A stretch of DNA of 64,000 bases, from the IMG/VR virus record IMGVR_UViG_3300049856_000265, positions 21,555 through 85,554 of that record. One strand, 5' to 3'. How positions within the stretch are numbered: the stretch's first letter is position 1; each line of letters starts with the position of its first letter. Under the pieces are notes generated by a model. The model searched no databases, had not been told where the DNA came from, and was given only the letters and a program-made list of their open reading frames with translations. Of the stretch, positions 9,009 through 19,186 are shown piece after piece. The DNA comes from a virus. The translations under genes were made by a program, and so were the position numbers.

Positions 9009-10316
9009 TTAGGCTTTCCACTTGCCTTTAATGATATTAATAAGTTGTCTTGCTCCATTTTCGTAAACTAAACAATGAGTCTGCATCCAAGAACTAGGAC
9101 CCTTATTGTAGTTTAGTTTAAGATAAGAACTAGTTCCCATAACGTAGGCTTGTCTAAGAATCTCAGGACTGTGAGTATGGCCACTTACGGAAGCCAGAAA
9201 AGCTAATTCAAGAGAAGAGGCAGAACCTCGGCTACCATTAGGCCCCAAGTGCCCATGCATACCGCATTCAATTTGCTTGGAACTAATCTTAAAAGAATCC
9301 TCAGATTGAAGAAACTTTACCTTACTAAGCTTTTGATATTTACTAATTCCATATTGCAAAGGATCCTTGCCCTGAGCTTTAGCAAAGGCCAACTCAAGCC
9401 CAACAATATGATTTTGTGTATCCCTAAGGTAATTGCCCTCATCTAACCATTTATCCAAAAATTCATCATGATTACTCTTAACCACTATTACTTGTTTCTT
9501 TGGATATTGCTGTAGATTTGCGAGTTCAATGGCAGTAGCTTGAAGTTCTCCAGCTAGACTATTTTGAGCACCTAGCATAGCTTTCATTAGTAATTTACGA
9601 TCAATATGATGATTAACTGAAATTCCATCAAAAAGATCATGCATGATTAGATAATCAGGTTTAAGTAGTTTGAGCATTTCTATAGTACAAGTTCGGACTA
9701 CAGGATCAGTATATCCAACATGCCAATCTCCAGGAATTAAGGCAGCAAGCTTAGCTTCTGAAGTTTTTCCACTAGGATGATACTCAATTCCAAGATCTAC
9801 GAAACTTCCAGTTTTAGAAGCCTGAACTTGTCGATAATGGTAAAGCTTAGAACTCGTTACTTCTACTACAATTGCTCCAATAACTAGATCTAGATTGGCC
9901 ACAATAGATCGTTTAGAAGTACCTTTAAAAGGTTTACAGCATGTTCCGGGAGTCATAACTACCCTGGGGAGATTGCTACTAGGAGACGCTATGGACTTTA
10001 GGCGCTGCTTAGGTGAACCATAGATAACACTTCGTTCGTTACCGTGAATTCGCCCAAGCCCTGAAATAGGATCAGGTTGATCTGGGCTAATCGGCAAAGT
10101 AGAAAGACTTAGATTATTGTTAAGCAAGACATCTCTACCAATTAAATTACCATAGTTTAAGATACTTTCGTCTATCTCAGCTTTTTTAAAAAGTGTAGGA
10201 GTACTTATAAATACAACTTCGGCATGCATTCTTTTGCTATAGTTTTTAATAGCTTCTAGAAATCCTACATGACCCTCACAACCTGGAACAATAGTAGTTA
10301 TAATATAGCGTTTCAT
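9009..10316 (-). CDS. calcineurin-like metallophosphoesterase/nuclease, T5 A1-like
   Basis: GDWH, HDLFDG, SNHD, HGHLGPNGSRGS, GHTHSP. Confidence 0.75.
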   Translation of the reverse strand: MKRYIITTIVPGCEGHVGFLEAIKNYSKRMHAEVVFISTPTLFKKAEIDESILNYGNLIGRDVLLNNNLSLSTLPISPDQPDPISGLGRIHGNERSVIYGSPKQRLKSIASPSSNLPRVVMTPGTCCKPFKGTSKRSIVANLDLVIGAIVVEVTSSKLYHYRQVQASKTGSFVDLGIEYHPSGKTSEAKLAALIPGDWHVGYTDPVVRTCTIEMLKLLKPDYLIMHDLFDGISVNHHIDRKLLMKAMLGAQNSLAGELQATAIELANLQQYPKKQVIVVKSNHDEFLDKWLDEGNYLRDTQNHIVGLELAFAKAQGKDPLQYGISKYQKLSKVKFLQSEDSFKISSKQIECGMHGHLGPNGSRGSASSLELAFLASVSGHTHSPEILRQAYVMGTSSYLKLNYNKGPSSWMQTHCLVYENGARQLINIIKGKWKA

Positions 10317-10744
10317 TTTAGTCTCTTTCTTGTAATAGAGGATCTTCGACTATTTTCGGACATAGTTACCCATTCCATATTACTAAGTTTGTAGCCTTCA
10401 TCTGGATTAATCCTGTCAACAGATGGGGCCAACTTTCGATCATAGTTATTACAAATATATTGATTATATAAGAATACAAAGGAGGGGTGTTTTTCTGCCC
10501 AATCATAAAAGGTTTCTTTAGGAAGAAGCGATTTTCCTTCATAAAGATGATATTTCTTTTTTTGAATACCTTCTACTCTAGATTTCATATTACGATAAAG
10601 TCGCATAAGAAACCCTTTAGGTGTTTTTTCATATTCTTTATCTTTATTTGGATTAAGTGCTCTAGCCCGTTTATGATTATGAGGGCCGCAGAGCCCGTGA
10701 GAATGTGTCTTTTTACTACAACCTCGCTTTGAGCATATTCCCAT
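10313..10744 (-). CDS. HNH-type endonuclease with N-terminal Cys/His zinc motif
   Basis: CSKRGC...GLCGPH; PSVDRINPDEGYKLSNMEWVTMSEN. Confidence 0.7.
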   Translation of the reverse strand: MGICSKRGCSKKTHSHGLCGPHNHKRARALNPNKDKEYEKTPKGFLMRLYRNMKSRVEGIQKKKYHLYEGKSLLPKETFYDWAEKHPSFVFLYNQYICNNYDRKLAPSVDRINPDEGYKLSNMEWVTMSENSRRSSITRKRLK

Positions 10745-10745
10745 A

Positions 10746-11474
10746 TTACTTAGTTCCTAGTAAAGAAGCTGTGACATTAGCCGTAGCTTGGGAGCTGCCG
10801 CTAAGACAAACTCCAAACATACCACATTGGTTCTTACCTAACGCATAATCAGTAACTGGACCTTTAAAGTTGGATAAAGCAAGATCGCTAGCCGCCGCTA
10901 CATGGAAGTTTTTATTGTGCATTTCATAGCAAGCTGGATAGGTATAGCAGGATAGTGAAAGGTTATGTGCACTATTCCCCGCAGCTACTACAATTTTAGC
11001 ACCATTATAAAGAAGAACGTCCATGGCTAGGCGTTCAGCTCCAGAATAACTGCCATCTACCAGACTCATATTAACAATGCTTGGATTCATCTTTAAAAGA
11101 ATGCGCATATATTCCAGCACTCGTGTGTTATAATTATGAGTTTCTGCATAACTCCTGTTTTCAGCATCATCATGGTACCATTTAATCATAGCTAAGCAGT
11201 GGGTTTTATTATTCATCTTTGAAGCAATAATCCCCAATATATTTGTTCCATGACCATTTACGTCTTGTATACCTTGGCCTGTAACATCAAATTGAAGACC
11301 TTTACAAAGGTATGGTTGAATCTTTTTATTATGGACAGGAAGTCCCGTATCAACAACTGCAACTACTTTACGCGTTTCTACAGGTTCTGCACCAAAGCAT
11401 TGAAAAGCAAAACTAATCAAAAGAAGAAGCAAGAATTCCCTATAGAAGTCTTTAAAGAACTGTTTCATAGGCAC
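10746..11474 (-). CDS. exported subtilisin-like (S8) serine protease
   Basis: signal peptide; VAVVDTG, HGT, AAGN oxyanion motif, GSSQA. Confidence 0.85.
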   Translation of the reverse strand: MPMKQFFKDFYREFLLLLLISFAFQCFGAEPVETRKVVAVVDTGLPVHNKKIQPYLCKGLQFDVTGQGIQDVNGHGTNILGIIASKMNNKTHCLAMIKWYHDDAENRSYAETHNYNTRVLEYMRILLKMNPSIVNMSLVDGSYSGAERLAMDVLLYNGAKIVVAAGNSAHNLSLSCYTYPACYEMHNKNFHVAAASDLALSNFKGPVTDYALGKNQCGMFGVCLSGSSQATANVTASLLGTK

Positions 11475-11487
11475 CTCTACTGTCAGA

Positions 11488-11931
11488 TTATTCTATTGAG
11501 TAACTTTTGGCAAGTACAATATTATAACTATGTAGATTAAATGGTACAGAATAACTAAAGATCCATCGTTTAAATCCAAGACTAGCTGAATAGACTTTAT
11601 TTAAAGTATCCACATTGTTATTAATAGAATAGGCATCTACTGTCATATTAGAATAGAAGATACCCTTTTGAAGCTGCATGCCTAAATAAGCAGAAAATAG
11701 AGCACTAGGTTTAATAGTAGTTGTGGTATTCTTAGCAAAGTCTATTAAACCAGTGGCTTGTTTAGTTTGGACATTGTTCTGTTTAGCCGTTTCAATAAAA
11801 CGATTAATATTATGGAGGATCAGTTGCTTTTTAAAAACAGCAAGATTATTACTAGGCCTAGGAGGAACTTGGATAAGTTGCCCATAGGCTATAAAAGGAA
11901 AGCATACCAATAGGATTAGTATGCGTCGCAT
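11488..11931 (-). CDS. exported hypothetical protein
   Basis: signal peptide MRRILILLVCFPFIAYG; C-terminal half looks beta-strand-rich. Confidence 0.55.
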   Translation of the reverse strand: MRRILILLVCFPFIAYGQLIQVPPRPSNNLAVFKKQLILHNINRFIETAKQNNVQTKQATGLIDFAKNTTTTIKPSALFSAYLGMQLQKGIFYSNMTVDAYSINNNVDTLNKVYSASLGFKRWIFSYSVPFNLHSYNIVLAKSYSIE

Positions 11932-11933
11932 GG

Positions 11934-12860
11934 CTATTCTAGGACTTCCCCATCATCCGTCATGAAAACACCCCAGTTAGCTTTATTTTCATTCTTATAA
12001 TCATTGATCGCGCCAGGCTCATTAGCAATAATAGAATTAGGAGTAATTACAAAAACACCTTCATTTGAAATACCATTGATGTGATTCTTCTCTACCGCAA
12101 GTTTGGATACTAATCCAAAAGTAATATCAATACCGTCTTTAACTGCCTTGAGCATCTTAGTTTTACGAACTTTAATCACAAGACTTGAGGCATAGTAAAT
12201 GCCATCGCCGCCATAGGGCGTGTCGGTTGTAGGACCTCCTGGGAAGGCTGGAGGCGTTTTATAGGAATGGTTAACGAAAACTAAACCTGCGTTAAACTTG
12301 CTATTAACTTTACGAGTGTTGTTGATCTTATGGCTCATAATCCGCATACGTTCTCGGATCACCTTGGCCGCCTTCATCATAGCACCACCAAGCTCGGAAG
12401 TACCATCGTCATTAATCGTAACGGAATCGCGGCTAAGAGTATTACCAATAGAATCCACGATCAAAAGGATATCAGAAAGAAGTTCACCAGAAGCTTGATC
12501 TGAAACGTATTTATCAAGTTTACCAAAAAGATCTTCAAGATATTCAGCATCATCCAAGATAACATTATCAAGATCAATACCCATACTCTTCATCCGAGAA
12601 TGATCGACTTTACCTTCGGTAGTAATGAATACTGGAATAACCCCTACCGCTTGGGCTTCTTTAGCCAAGTAATATGCTAGACTCGACTTGCCGCCATTGG
12701 ATGGTCCGTAGAGTTGTACGACATGGCCAAGGGGTAAACCTTGGAGTCCTGAGATGGCTTGAAGAGCTGGTGTAATAGGAATGATTTTATCTTCTTTAAA
12801 AGGAACGCTAGCAACCTTAATAGATTCTTTATACTTTGATAGATCAAACTTTTTAGCCAT
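11934..12860 (-). CDS. recA: RecA/UvsX-like recombinase
   Basis: GLPLGHVVQLYGPSNGGKS, LIVDSIG, FVNH, PYGG, AVEKNH. Confidence 0.85.
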   Translation of the reverse strand: MAKKFDLSKYKESIKVASVPFKEDKIIPITPALQAISGLQGLPLGHVVQLYGPSNGGKSSLAYYLAKEAQAVGVIPVFITTEGKVDHSRMKSMGIDLDNVILDDAEYLEDLFGKLDKYVSDQASGELLSDILLIVDSIGNTLSRDSVTINDDGTSELGGAMMKAAKVIRERMRIMSHKINNTRKVNSKFNAGLVFVNHSYKTPPAFPGGPTTDTPYGGDGIYYASSLVIKVRKTKMLKAVKDGIDITFGLVSKLAVEKNHINGISNEGVFVITPNSIIANEPGAINDYKNENKANWGVFMTDDGEVLE

Positions 12861-12861
12861 G

Positions 12862-13041
12862 TTACTCCTTGTTACAAGCTGAAATTAGCTGTGTACATTG
12901 AAACTTAATATAATCAAGTTCGCTTTCAAAATAGCGTTCTTGTTGTGCTAGTTTATTATGGGATTGATATAATTTGTTTACTAAATAAACATTGCCTAGG
13001 ATGCTAAAAAAGAGCAACCCTTTAAGTATATTAAGCTTCAT
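12862..13041 (-). CDS. small membrane protein (59 aa, below ORF-track cutoff)
   Basis: MKLNILKGLLFFSILGNVYLVNK...ACNKE; start sits 7 nt after a TATACT box. Confidence 0.6.
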   Translation of the reverse strand: MKLNILKGLLFFSILGNVYLVNKLYQSHNKLAQQERYFESELDYIKFQCTQLISACNKE

Positions 13042-13048
13042 AACTTTA

Positions 13049-13077
13049 AGTATACCAAAGAGTAACTAAGCTGTCTA
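13049..13077 (-). promoter_or_regulatory. sigma70-type promoter (leaderless), divergent from nrdB
   Basis: TAGACA-N17-TATACT on the minus strand. Confidence 0.65.
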
Positions 13078-13173
13078 CTAAAACAAATAATGTATAAGAA
13101 TCTTGAATTAAACCTTTGCGTCTGTTAGCCTGAAAAGGTAATCAAACGTTATAATTAAAACTGGAGCAAGCTA

Positions 13174-14133
13174 ATGCTTTTTAGGCCACGGGCGTCCTTT
13201 ACGCCATTCGAGTATCCGCAACTATTTGAATATTTTACAAAACAAAATCAAGCACATTGGCTTTGGACCGAAGTTTCCTTGGCTGGAGATATCGCTGATT
13301 GGAATTCCAAGCTTACTGAAACTGAAAAGAATGTAGTAACTGGTATTCTTAAAGGTTTTACGCATGTCGAAACTTTAGTGGGAGAATATTGGGGCAACCG
13401 AGTATTCAAATGGTTCCCAAAGCCTGAGATTAAAGCTATGTGTTCTGCGTTTTCCAACATGGAAGCGGTACATGCAAAAGCATATAACTATCTAGCTGAG
13501 AGTTTAGGCTTAACTGAGTTCGAGGCTTATGCCAATGAACCTGCCGCCAAAGCTAAAATCGATCATATTTTGGATACGAATGGCAAGTCGCGTCCAGCCA
13601 TTGCCAAGTCCTTAGCAGTGTTTAGTGGCTTTACTGAAGGCGTAAACCTTTTTAGTAGTTTTGCCGTCCTTCTAAACTTCAGCCGTTTTAATAAACTTAA
13701 AGGGGTCGGGCAAATCATTAGCTGGTCTATTCGAGACGAGTCATTACATTCGGAAGCCGGGTGCTGGCTATTTAGAATGCTAATCCAAGAGAATCCAGAT
13801 ATCTTAACTGAGGAGTTCAAGAAGGAAATCTATGAAGCTGCACGTTTGACAGTAAAGCTTGAAGATGACTTTATCGACATGGTATTTAAGACTGGATCTA
13901 TTGAAGGTTTAGATCCGGTAGACCTTAAGCAGTATATCCGTTATCGAACTAATGCTAAGTTATCTGACCTAGGTTTTAAAAGCAATTGGAAGCAATTGGA
14001 TAAAGCTGCGGTGGACCGTATTACTAGCTGGTTTGATATTTTAAGCTCAGGTCAAATCTTGACCGACTTCTTTGCATTAAAAAGTTCAGAGTATTCTAAA
14101 GGCCATGTAAATTGGGATGAGGTTTTTAAATGA
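13174..14133 (+). CDS. nrdB: class I ribonucleotide reductase beta subunit
   Basis: HWLWTEV, EAVHAKAY, EGVNLFSSF, RDESLH, DFF. Confidence 0.95.
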   Translation: MLFRPRASFTPFEYPQLFEYFTKQNQAHWLWTEVSLAGDIADWNSKLTETEKNVVTGILKGFTHVETLVGEYWGNRVFKWFPKPEIKAMCSAFSNMEAVHAKAYNYLAESLGLTEFEAYANEPAAKAKIDHILDTNGKSRPAIAKSLAVFSGFTEGVNLFSSFAVLLNFSRFNKLKGVGQIISWSIRDESLHSEAGCWLFRMLIQENPDILTEEFKKEIYEAARLTVKLEDDFIDMVFKTGSIEGLDPVDLKQYIRYRTNAKLSDLGFKSNWKQLDKAAVDRITSWFDILSSGQILTDFFALKSSEYSKGHVNWDEVFK

Positions 14134-15815
14134 TTAAAGGGATTGATTATCCAAATTGGATGGATGAATCACAAGGACTTAAAACTTTACAAAATGGTTA
14201 TCTACTTGAAGGCGAAACGGTAAAGCAAGCTTGGGAACGGGTTAGTAATGCCGCAGCTAAGCAGCTAGGAAAGCCTGAACTAGCTCCTAAGTTCTTTGAC
14301 ATCATTTGGAAAGGTTGGCTTGGACTTGCAAGCCCTGTTTGTTCGAATCTTGGATCAGAGCGTGGTCTTCCTATTTCCTGCTATTCTGTCCACATTCCAG
14401 ATAGCATTGACGGCATTTATAAAACATTACATGAACAAGCTTCTCTTTCTAAGCAAGGTGGCGGCGTTGGAATATATGCTGGCGATATCCGCGCTCGGGG
14501 TATTCCTATTAAGAACGGAGCAAATGGCCATAGTGAAGGCGTAGTTCCTTGGATGAAGATCTTCGATGTTAGTACTATTGCTACTTCGCAAGGATCAGTA
14601 CGCCGGGGTGCTTCAGCAGTATATCTTCCAATCGACCATGGGGACATTAAAGAGTTCCTGCGCATTAGGCGGCCTGAAGGCGACGTGAATCGCCAATGCT
14701 TGAATCTTCATCAAGGAGTTTGCATTACAGATGAGTTTATGCATAAAGCTTTAGGCGGCGATAAACCTGCTCAAGAACTACTTCTTGAAGTTTATAAAAC
14801 GCGGCTAGAAACGGGCGAACCCTACATCTTCTTTACAGACAATATTAATAAGGCTAATCCAGAATGCTACAAGGATAAAGGATTGCATGTAAGTACGAGT
14901 AACATCTGTTCTGAAATTGTACTCCATACAGATAATGATCATAGTTTTGTATGCTGTCTTAGTTCTATGAACTTAACTAAATGGGATGAATGGAAAGATA
15001 CGGATGCCGTTTATCTAGCTACTTGGTTCTTGGATGCCGTGATGTCAGAGTTTATTGAAAAAGCTAAGACAATCCCTGGTTTTGAGCGATCTGTGCGCTT
15101 TGCTGAGAAGAGCCGCGCTTTGGGTTTAGGCGTCCTAGGATGGCACAGCTTGCTTCAATCTGAAGGTACGGCCTTTGACTCATTCCGAGCTAAACTTCTC
15201 AATAGAGCGGTGTTTAGCCGCCTTAAAAGCGAAACGGAAAGGGCTACGAAGGACTTGGCGGTAGAGTACGGTGAACCAGAATGGTGTGTAGGGCACGGTC
15301 GGCGTAATACTCATTTGATGGCCTTAGCTCCTACGGTAAGCAATGCCACGATCTGCGGCAATGTAAGCCCTAGTATCGAACCTTGGGTAGCCAATGCTTT
15401 TGCTAAGAAAACAGCTAAGGGCGTCTTCATCCAGCATAATCAACAATTAAAGCTTAAACTAGCTGAATTAGGCCAAGATAGTGACGAAGTTTGGAAGTCT
15501 ATTGTAAATCATGAAGGATCCGTTCAGCATCTAGACTTTTTGGATAGTAATACTAAAGATGTATTTAAAACGGCTTTTGAAATTGATCAAAGAGCTATAG
15601 TTGAGCAGGCTTGTGAACGTCAGCAGTTTATAGATCAAGCTCAAAGTCTTAATCTATTCTTTAGTAGCTCAGTGGATCCTAAGTATTTTCATTCCGTCCA
15701 TGTTCAAGCCTGGAAAGGTGAACTAAAAACACTATACTATGTTCGTAGTTCTAGTGTTCTTAAAGCTGATCTTTCAAGTCGTGAAGATTCAAAATGTGAG
15801 GCTTGCGAAGCTTAA
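14130..15815 (+). CDS. nrdA: class I ribonucleotide reductase alpha subunit (compact, no ATP cone)
   Basis: PISC, SNICSEI, LAPTVS, DQAQSLN, KTLYY, C-terminal CEAC. Confidence 0.95.
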   Translation: MIKGIDYPNWMDESQGLKTLQNGYLLEGETVKQAWERVSNAAAKQLGKPELAPKFFDIIWKGWLGLASPVCSNLGSERGLPISCYSVHIPDSIDGIYKTLHEQASLSKQGGGVGIYAGDIRARGIPIKNGANGHSEGVVPWMKIFDVSTIATSQGSVRRGASAVYLPIDHGDIKEFLRIRRPEGDVNRQCLNLHQGVCITDEFMHKALGGDKPAQELLLEVYKTRLETGEPYIFFTDNINKANPECYKDKGLHVSTSNICSEIVLHTDNDHSFVCCLSSMNLTKWDEWKDTDAVYLATWFLDAVMSEFIEKAKTIPGFERSVRFAEKSRALGLGVLGWHSLLQSEGTAFDSFRAKLLNRAVFSRLKSETERATKDLAVEYGEPEWCVGHGRRNTHLMALAPTVSNATICGNVSPSIEPWVANAFAKKTAKGVFIQHNQQLKLKLAELGQDSDEVWKSIVNHEGSVQHLDFLDSNTKDVFKTAFEIDQRAIVEQACERQQFIDQAQSLNLFFSSSVDPKYFHSVHVQAWKGELKTLYYVRSSSVLKADLSSREDSKCEACEA

Positions 15816-15832
15816 TTTAAACAAATATATGT

Positions 15833-16462
15833 ATGAAGTTGAAATGCAATAAATGTAAAATAGAAAAACCGCTAACCATTGAATTCTTTAAAAAAGGTAA
15901 AACTAATAAGTACGGCTTTGCGCCTCAGTGTAAACTCTGTTTAAACGCTTATCAAAAAGCACATAGAACTAAAAATAAAACGACAGTAAATGCTAAGCGT
16001 CAAGAGCATTATAAAAAAATACCTGATAAAGTAAGAACTTGGGATCAAAAATCAAAAGCTAATCGCAAAAAACGAATGCAAAATGATTCAGAATATGCAG
16101 CTTTTATTCGGAAACAGAATCTGGATCGTAGAAATAAACGGTTTAAAAATGAACCTAGTTATAAAATAGGGCATGCTCTTAGAACACGCATTAGGAAAGT
16201 TCTTAAAAATAGTAAAAAAGTAGGATCAGCGGTTAAATATTTAGGATGTTCTTTAAATGAGCTTAAGCACCGTATAGAATCCCTATGGCAACCTGGTATG
16301 ACTTGGGAAAACTATACAATAGACGGTTGGCATATTGATCATATCAAACCACTATCTTCATTTAATCTAGAAGATCTAGAACAGTTTAAACAAGCTTGCC
16401 ATTATACTAATTTACAGCCCCTATGGGCTAAAGACAATTTAAGTAAATCTGATAAAGTTTGA
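15833..16462 (+). CDS. HNH homing endonuclease
   Basis: N-terminal CNKC..CKLC; WHIDHIKP...CHYTNLQPLWAKDNLSK. Confidence 0.85.
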   Translation: MKLKCNKCKIEKPLTIEFFKKGKTNKYGFAPQCKLCLNAYQKAHRTKNKTTVNAKRQEHYKKIPDKVRTWDQKSKANRKKRMQNDSEYAAFIRKQNLDRRNKRFKNEPSYKIGHALRTRIRKVLKNSKKVGSAVKYLGCSLNELKHRIESLWQPGMTWENYTIDGWHIDHIKPLSSFNLEDLEQFKQACHYTNLQPLWAKDNLSKSDKV

Positions 16463-16487
16463 CAAGCTTGCGAAGCCTGAGTATACT
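16459..16487 (+). promoter_or_regulatory. near-consensus sigma70 promoter driving the ncRNA and probably the NAD operon
   Basis: TTGACA-N17-TATACT; predicted TSS ~16493-16494 coincides with the 5' end of the RNA stem. Confidence 0.8.
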
Positions 16488-16493
16488 GAAAGA

Positions 16494-16677
16494 GTAGTAG
16501 CGGCGTGGAAAGCTGGGATATTCCGGATACGGTAAAGTCCCTGGAGACACGCAAAGCAACTTGGGGCGCTTATCGTTAAAAGGACCCAAATCGGACGCAG
16601 TAAAGCGGGACAGGCAGACCATCCGATCTTCCTCCGCATCAGTTTTCGAATAGCCAGACTCGCGACTGGCCTACTAC
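16494..16677 (+). ncRNA. tRNA-shaped structured RNA, copy 1
   Basis: closing stem GTAGTAG/CTACTAC, GCGTG/CACGC stem, GCCAG/CTGGC hairpin; three blocks shared with 27694-27860. Confidence 0.75.
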
Positions 16678-16748
16678 ATGTTTTGATAAACAAATAAGTA
16701 TTGTAGGGATTCAGTTAGAATCCTGAATTTAAAACTTAGGAGATAAGT

Positions 16749-17828
16749 ATGGATTACCAACTCGCAGTATTCGTGGGTCGTCTGCAACCCTGTCATATCA
16801 GTCATTTAGAAGCTATCCGTCAAGGATTAGCAATTGCTGATAAACTTCTTATCATTATCGGATCTTCTAACGCTGCTCCCAATATTAAAAATCCCTTCAG
16901 CTACGATCAGCGCAAAGCCATGATCTTGGCTGCACTCGACGAATCGGAACAAAAACGAGTAACTTTTGAAGGTGTGCGGGACTACTATTATAATGAGAAC
17001 AATTGGGTAACAGAAGTTCAGAATGCCGTAGCGCAACATTCTAAACCCATGGATCAAATCGTAATGTTAAAACATTATAAGGATTCAAGTTCTTATTATC
17101 TTAATCTTTTCCCTCAATGGGATGCTCACCTAATCCAAAACACTAAGGTCATGAATGCCACAGACATTCGTAAATCGTTGTTTGATCCAGATAATCTTAA
17201 AGAAGTTACAGAATGGCGTGATAAAGGGATTGATAATTCAGCCTATAAAGGTAATTTTCTAGATCGTACTAAAAAAATGCCATTAAATATAGAGCATTGG
17301 CTTATGCACAACTTTATAGGCACAGAAGCTCATTATGCTCTTATTAAAGAATATCAGTTTATAAAGGCGTATAAAGCATTATGGGCTAATTCCCCCTTTC
17401 CTCCTACTTTCGTGACGGCAGATGCTGTAGTTATTAAAAGCGGGCATATTTTGCTAATTCGTCGTAAGTTCGAACCTGGCAAGGGACTTTATGCTTTGCC
17501 TGGAGGTTTCATTAAACAAACTGAATCCATTGAACAGGCGGCTATTCGTGAGCTTAAGGAAGAAACTAGGATTGACATTCCAAAGCCTATATTGCATACT
17601 TGTATTAAGGATATGAAAGTATTTGATCATCCAGAACGAAGTTTAAGAGGCAGGACCGTAACTCATGCTTACTTGATCAATCTTGGACAAGGTGAGCTTC
17701 CTGCTATTAAAGCATCGGATGACGCCCTGGGTGCCCAATGGGTCCCAATCCTTAGTTTGGGTAAGCTTGAATCTGAATTCTTTGAAGATCATTTTTCAAT
17801 GATACATTATTTTGTAAGTAGGAGTTAA
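16749..17828 (+). CDS. nadM: bifunctional NMN adenylyltransferase / ADP-ribose pyrophosphatase (NadM-Nudix)
   Basis: GRLQPCHISH, IGSS...KNPF, NATDIR; Nudix box GGFIKQTESIEQAAIRELKEET. Confidence 0.92.
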   Translation: MDYQLAVFVGRLQPCHISHLEAIRQGLAIADKLLIIIGSSNAAPNIKNPFSYDQRKAMILAALDESEQKRVTFEGVRDYYYNENNWVTEVQNAVAQHSKPMDQIVMLKHYKDSSSYYLNLFPQWDAHLIQNTKVMNATDIRKSLFDPDNLKEVTEWRDKGIDNSAYKGNFLDRTKKMPLNIEHWLMHNFIGTEAHYALIKEYQFIKAYKALWANSPFPPTFVTADAVVIKSGHILLIRRKFEPGKGLYALPGGFIKQTESIEQAAIRELKEETRIDIPKPILHTCIKDMKVFDHPERSLRGRTVTHAYLINLGQGELPAIKASDDALGAQWVPILSLGKLESEFFEDHFSMIHYFVSRS

Positions 17829-17829
17829 T

Positions 17830-18141
17830 ATGCCATGCTATGATGGAAGAACTGATCAAGATTATGAAAATGAAAAGTTAAAGGATGCTCTTAAAGAATT
17901 AGGTAATGATTTGAATGATGTTACTATGATGCTTTGTTTAAGTCTTGCAGCAATTCAAGAGAAAGTGCCTCAACTTTATGAGGAATTAGTCTGCGCTACT
18001 CCTAAAATGTATAATTGGCATAATGAGCATAAAAAACTAGATGAAAAGCGTAAAGCCGAAGCGGAAGCCGTGTTGCATGAGATTAAAAAAACAGAAGAGA
18101 CTTTAAAAAGGCTTAAAGCTGTTTACGATAGGAAGAAGTAG
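17830..18141 (+). CDS. hypothetical protein
   Basis: RBS GGAG, coupled within the operon. Confidence 0.6.
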   Translation: MPCYDGRTDQDYENEKLKDALKELGNDLNDVTMMLCLSLAAIQEKVPQLYEELVCATPKMYNWHNEHKKLDEKRKAEAEAVLHEIKKTEETLKRLKAVYDRKK

Positions 18142-18142
18142 T

Positions 18143-18610
18143 ATGCTTAAATATGAAAAGATCTCCTTATTTGATGCGCCTAAAAATAGCCTAATCGTCC
18201 ATGCCGTTAATGCAGGAGGTAGATGGGGTTCAGGAATTGCTAAGGAGTTTAAAAAGCGTTATCCTAAAGCTGAGACCTATTATATGGCTAGATGTGCTTT
18301 TGGAAGTACTCTTGCTAGATTTGGATGTCACCATGTTGGGGAAGAACACCTCGTGGGATGGCTTGGCACTTCAGCAGGTTACGGGCATACTAAATCCCCA
18401 GAAGATGAAATCTTAATTTATACGACTTTAGCTATTCAAGAAATGCTAATTAGTATATCTAAAGAAGATCAAAACCTTCCACGTACTGTTTATTCTAATA
18501 AGTTCAATTCAGGACTTTTTGAAGTACCCTGGGAAAAGACGGAAAAGATCCTTAAAACTATTTTAAAACTCAATCCACATATTGAGTGGATTGTTTGTGA
18601 CCCGACATGA
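18143..18610 (+). CDS. macro domain protein (ADP-ribose binding/hydrolase)
   Basis: SLFD, IVHAVNAGGRWGSGIAKEFKKRYP, NSGLFEVPW. Confidence 0.85.
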   Translation: MLKYEKISLFDAPKNSLIVHAVNAGGRWGSGIAKEFKKRYPKAETYYMARCAFGSTLARFGCHHVGEEHLVGWLGTSAGYGHTKSPEDEILIYTTLAIQEMLISISKEDQNLPRTVYSNKFNSGLFEVPWEKTEKILKTILKLNPHIEWIVCDPT

Positions 18611-19170
18611 AAAGGCTTGAACGTCATATTAAAAATACAAGATGGACTCCTGTTAGTTTTGTAAGAAAAGATAAATACGATACTTATTGGCTAATGCGAT
18701 GCGAATGTGGTAAAGAAAAGATAGTTTTATATAAAAATTATAAACAAGGTAGATCTTTAAGTTGTGGTTGCTATAATAAAGAAGTAGTAACTGATCGTAA
18801 ATCTACACAGCAAAAGCCGTTTGGAGAAAGTGCATTAAATCACTTATTCTTAGTTTATAAAAAAGGAGCTAAAGAACGTAATCTTTCTTTTGAGTTAACT
18901 AAAGAGGAATTTAAGAAATTAACATCAGATATTTGCCATTTTTGTGGAGTAGAACCTAGACAATTAACAGGCAGAACTAAGTATACTCAAATTAATGGAG
19001 ATTATACTTATAATGGAATTGATAGATTAGATAATAAAGAAGGTTATACTATAGGTAATTGTGTAACTTGTTGTAAAAGATGTAATTATGCCAAGCACAG
19101 CAGTACTCAAGAAGAGTTTGAAACTTGGATTAAAAGACTTGTAGATTTTCAATTGAGAAAATCGAAATAA
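18607..19170 (+). CDS. HNH homing endonuclease
   Basis: WLMRCECG...SLSCGC; CHFCG; GIDRLDNKEGYTIGNCVTCCKRCN. Confidence 0.85.
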   Translation: MKRLERHIKNTRWTPVSFVRKDKYDTYWLMRCECGKEKIVLYKNYKQGRSLSCGCYNKEVVTDRKSTQQKPFGESALNHLFLVYKKGAKERNLSFELTKEEFKKLTSDICHFCGVEPRQLTGRTKYTQINGDYTYNGIDRLDNKEGYTIGNCVTCCKRCNYAKHSSTQEEFETWIKRLVDFQLRKSK

Positions 19171-19186
19171 CGTAAGGAGTTTTATA

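Noticed and set aside
16494-16748. NAD-sensing riboswitch upstream of nadM
   Set aside because: A second copy of the same RNA lies far from any NAD gene, and I see no terminator or RBS-sequestering platform linked to it.
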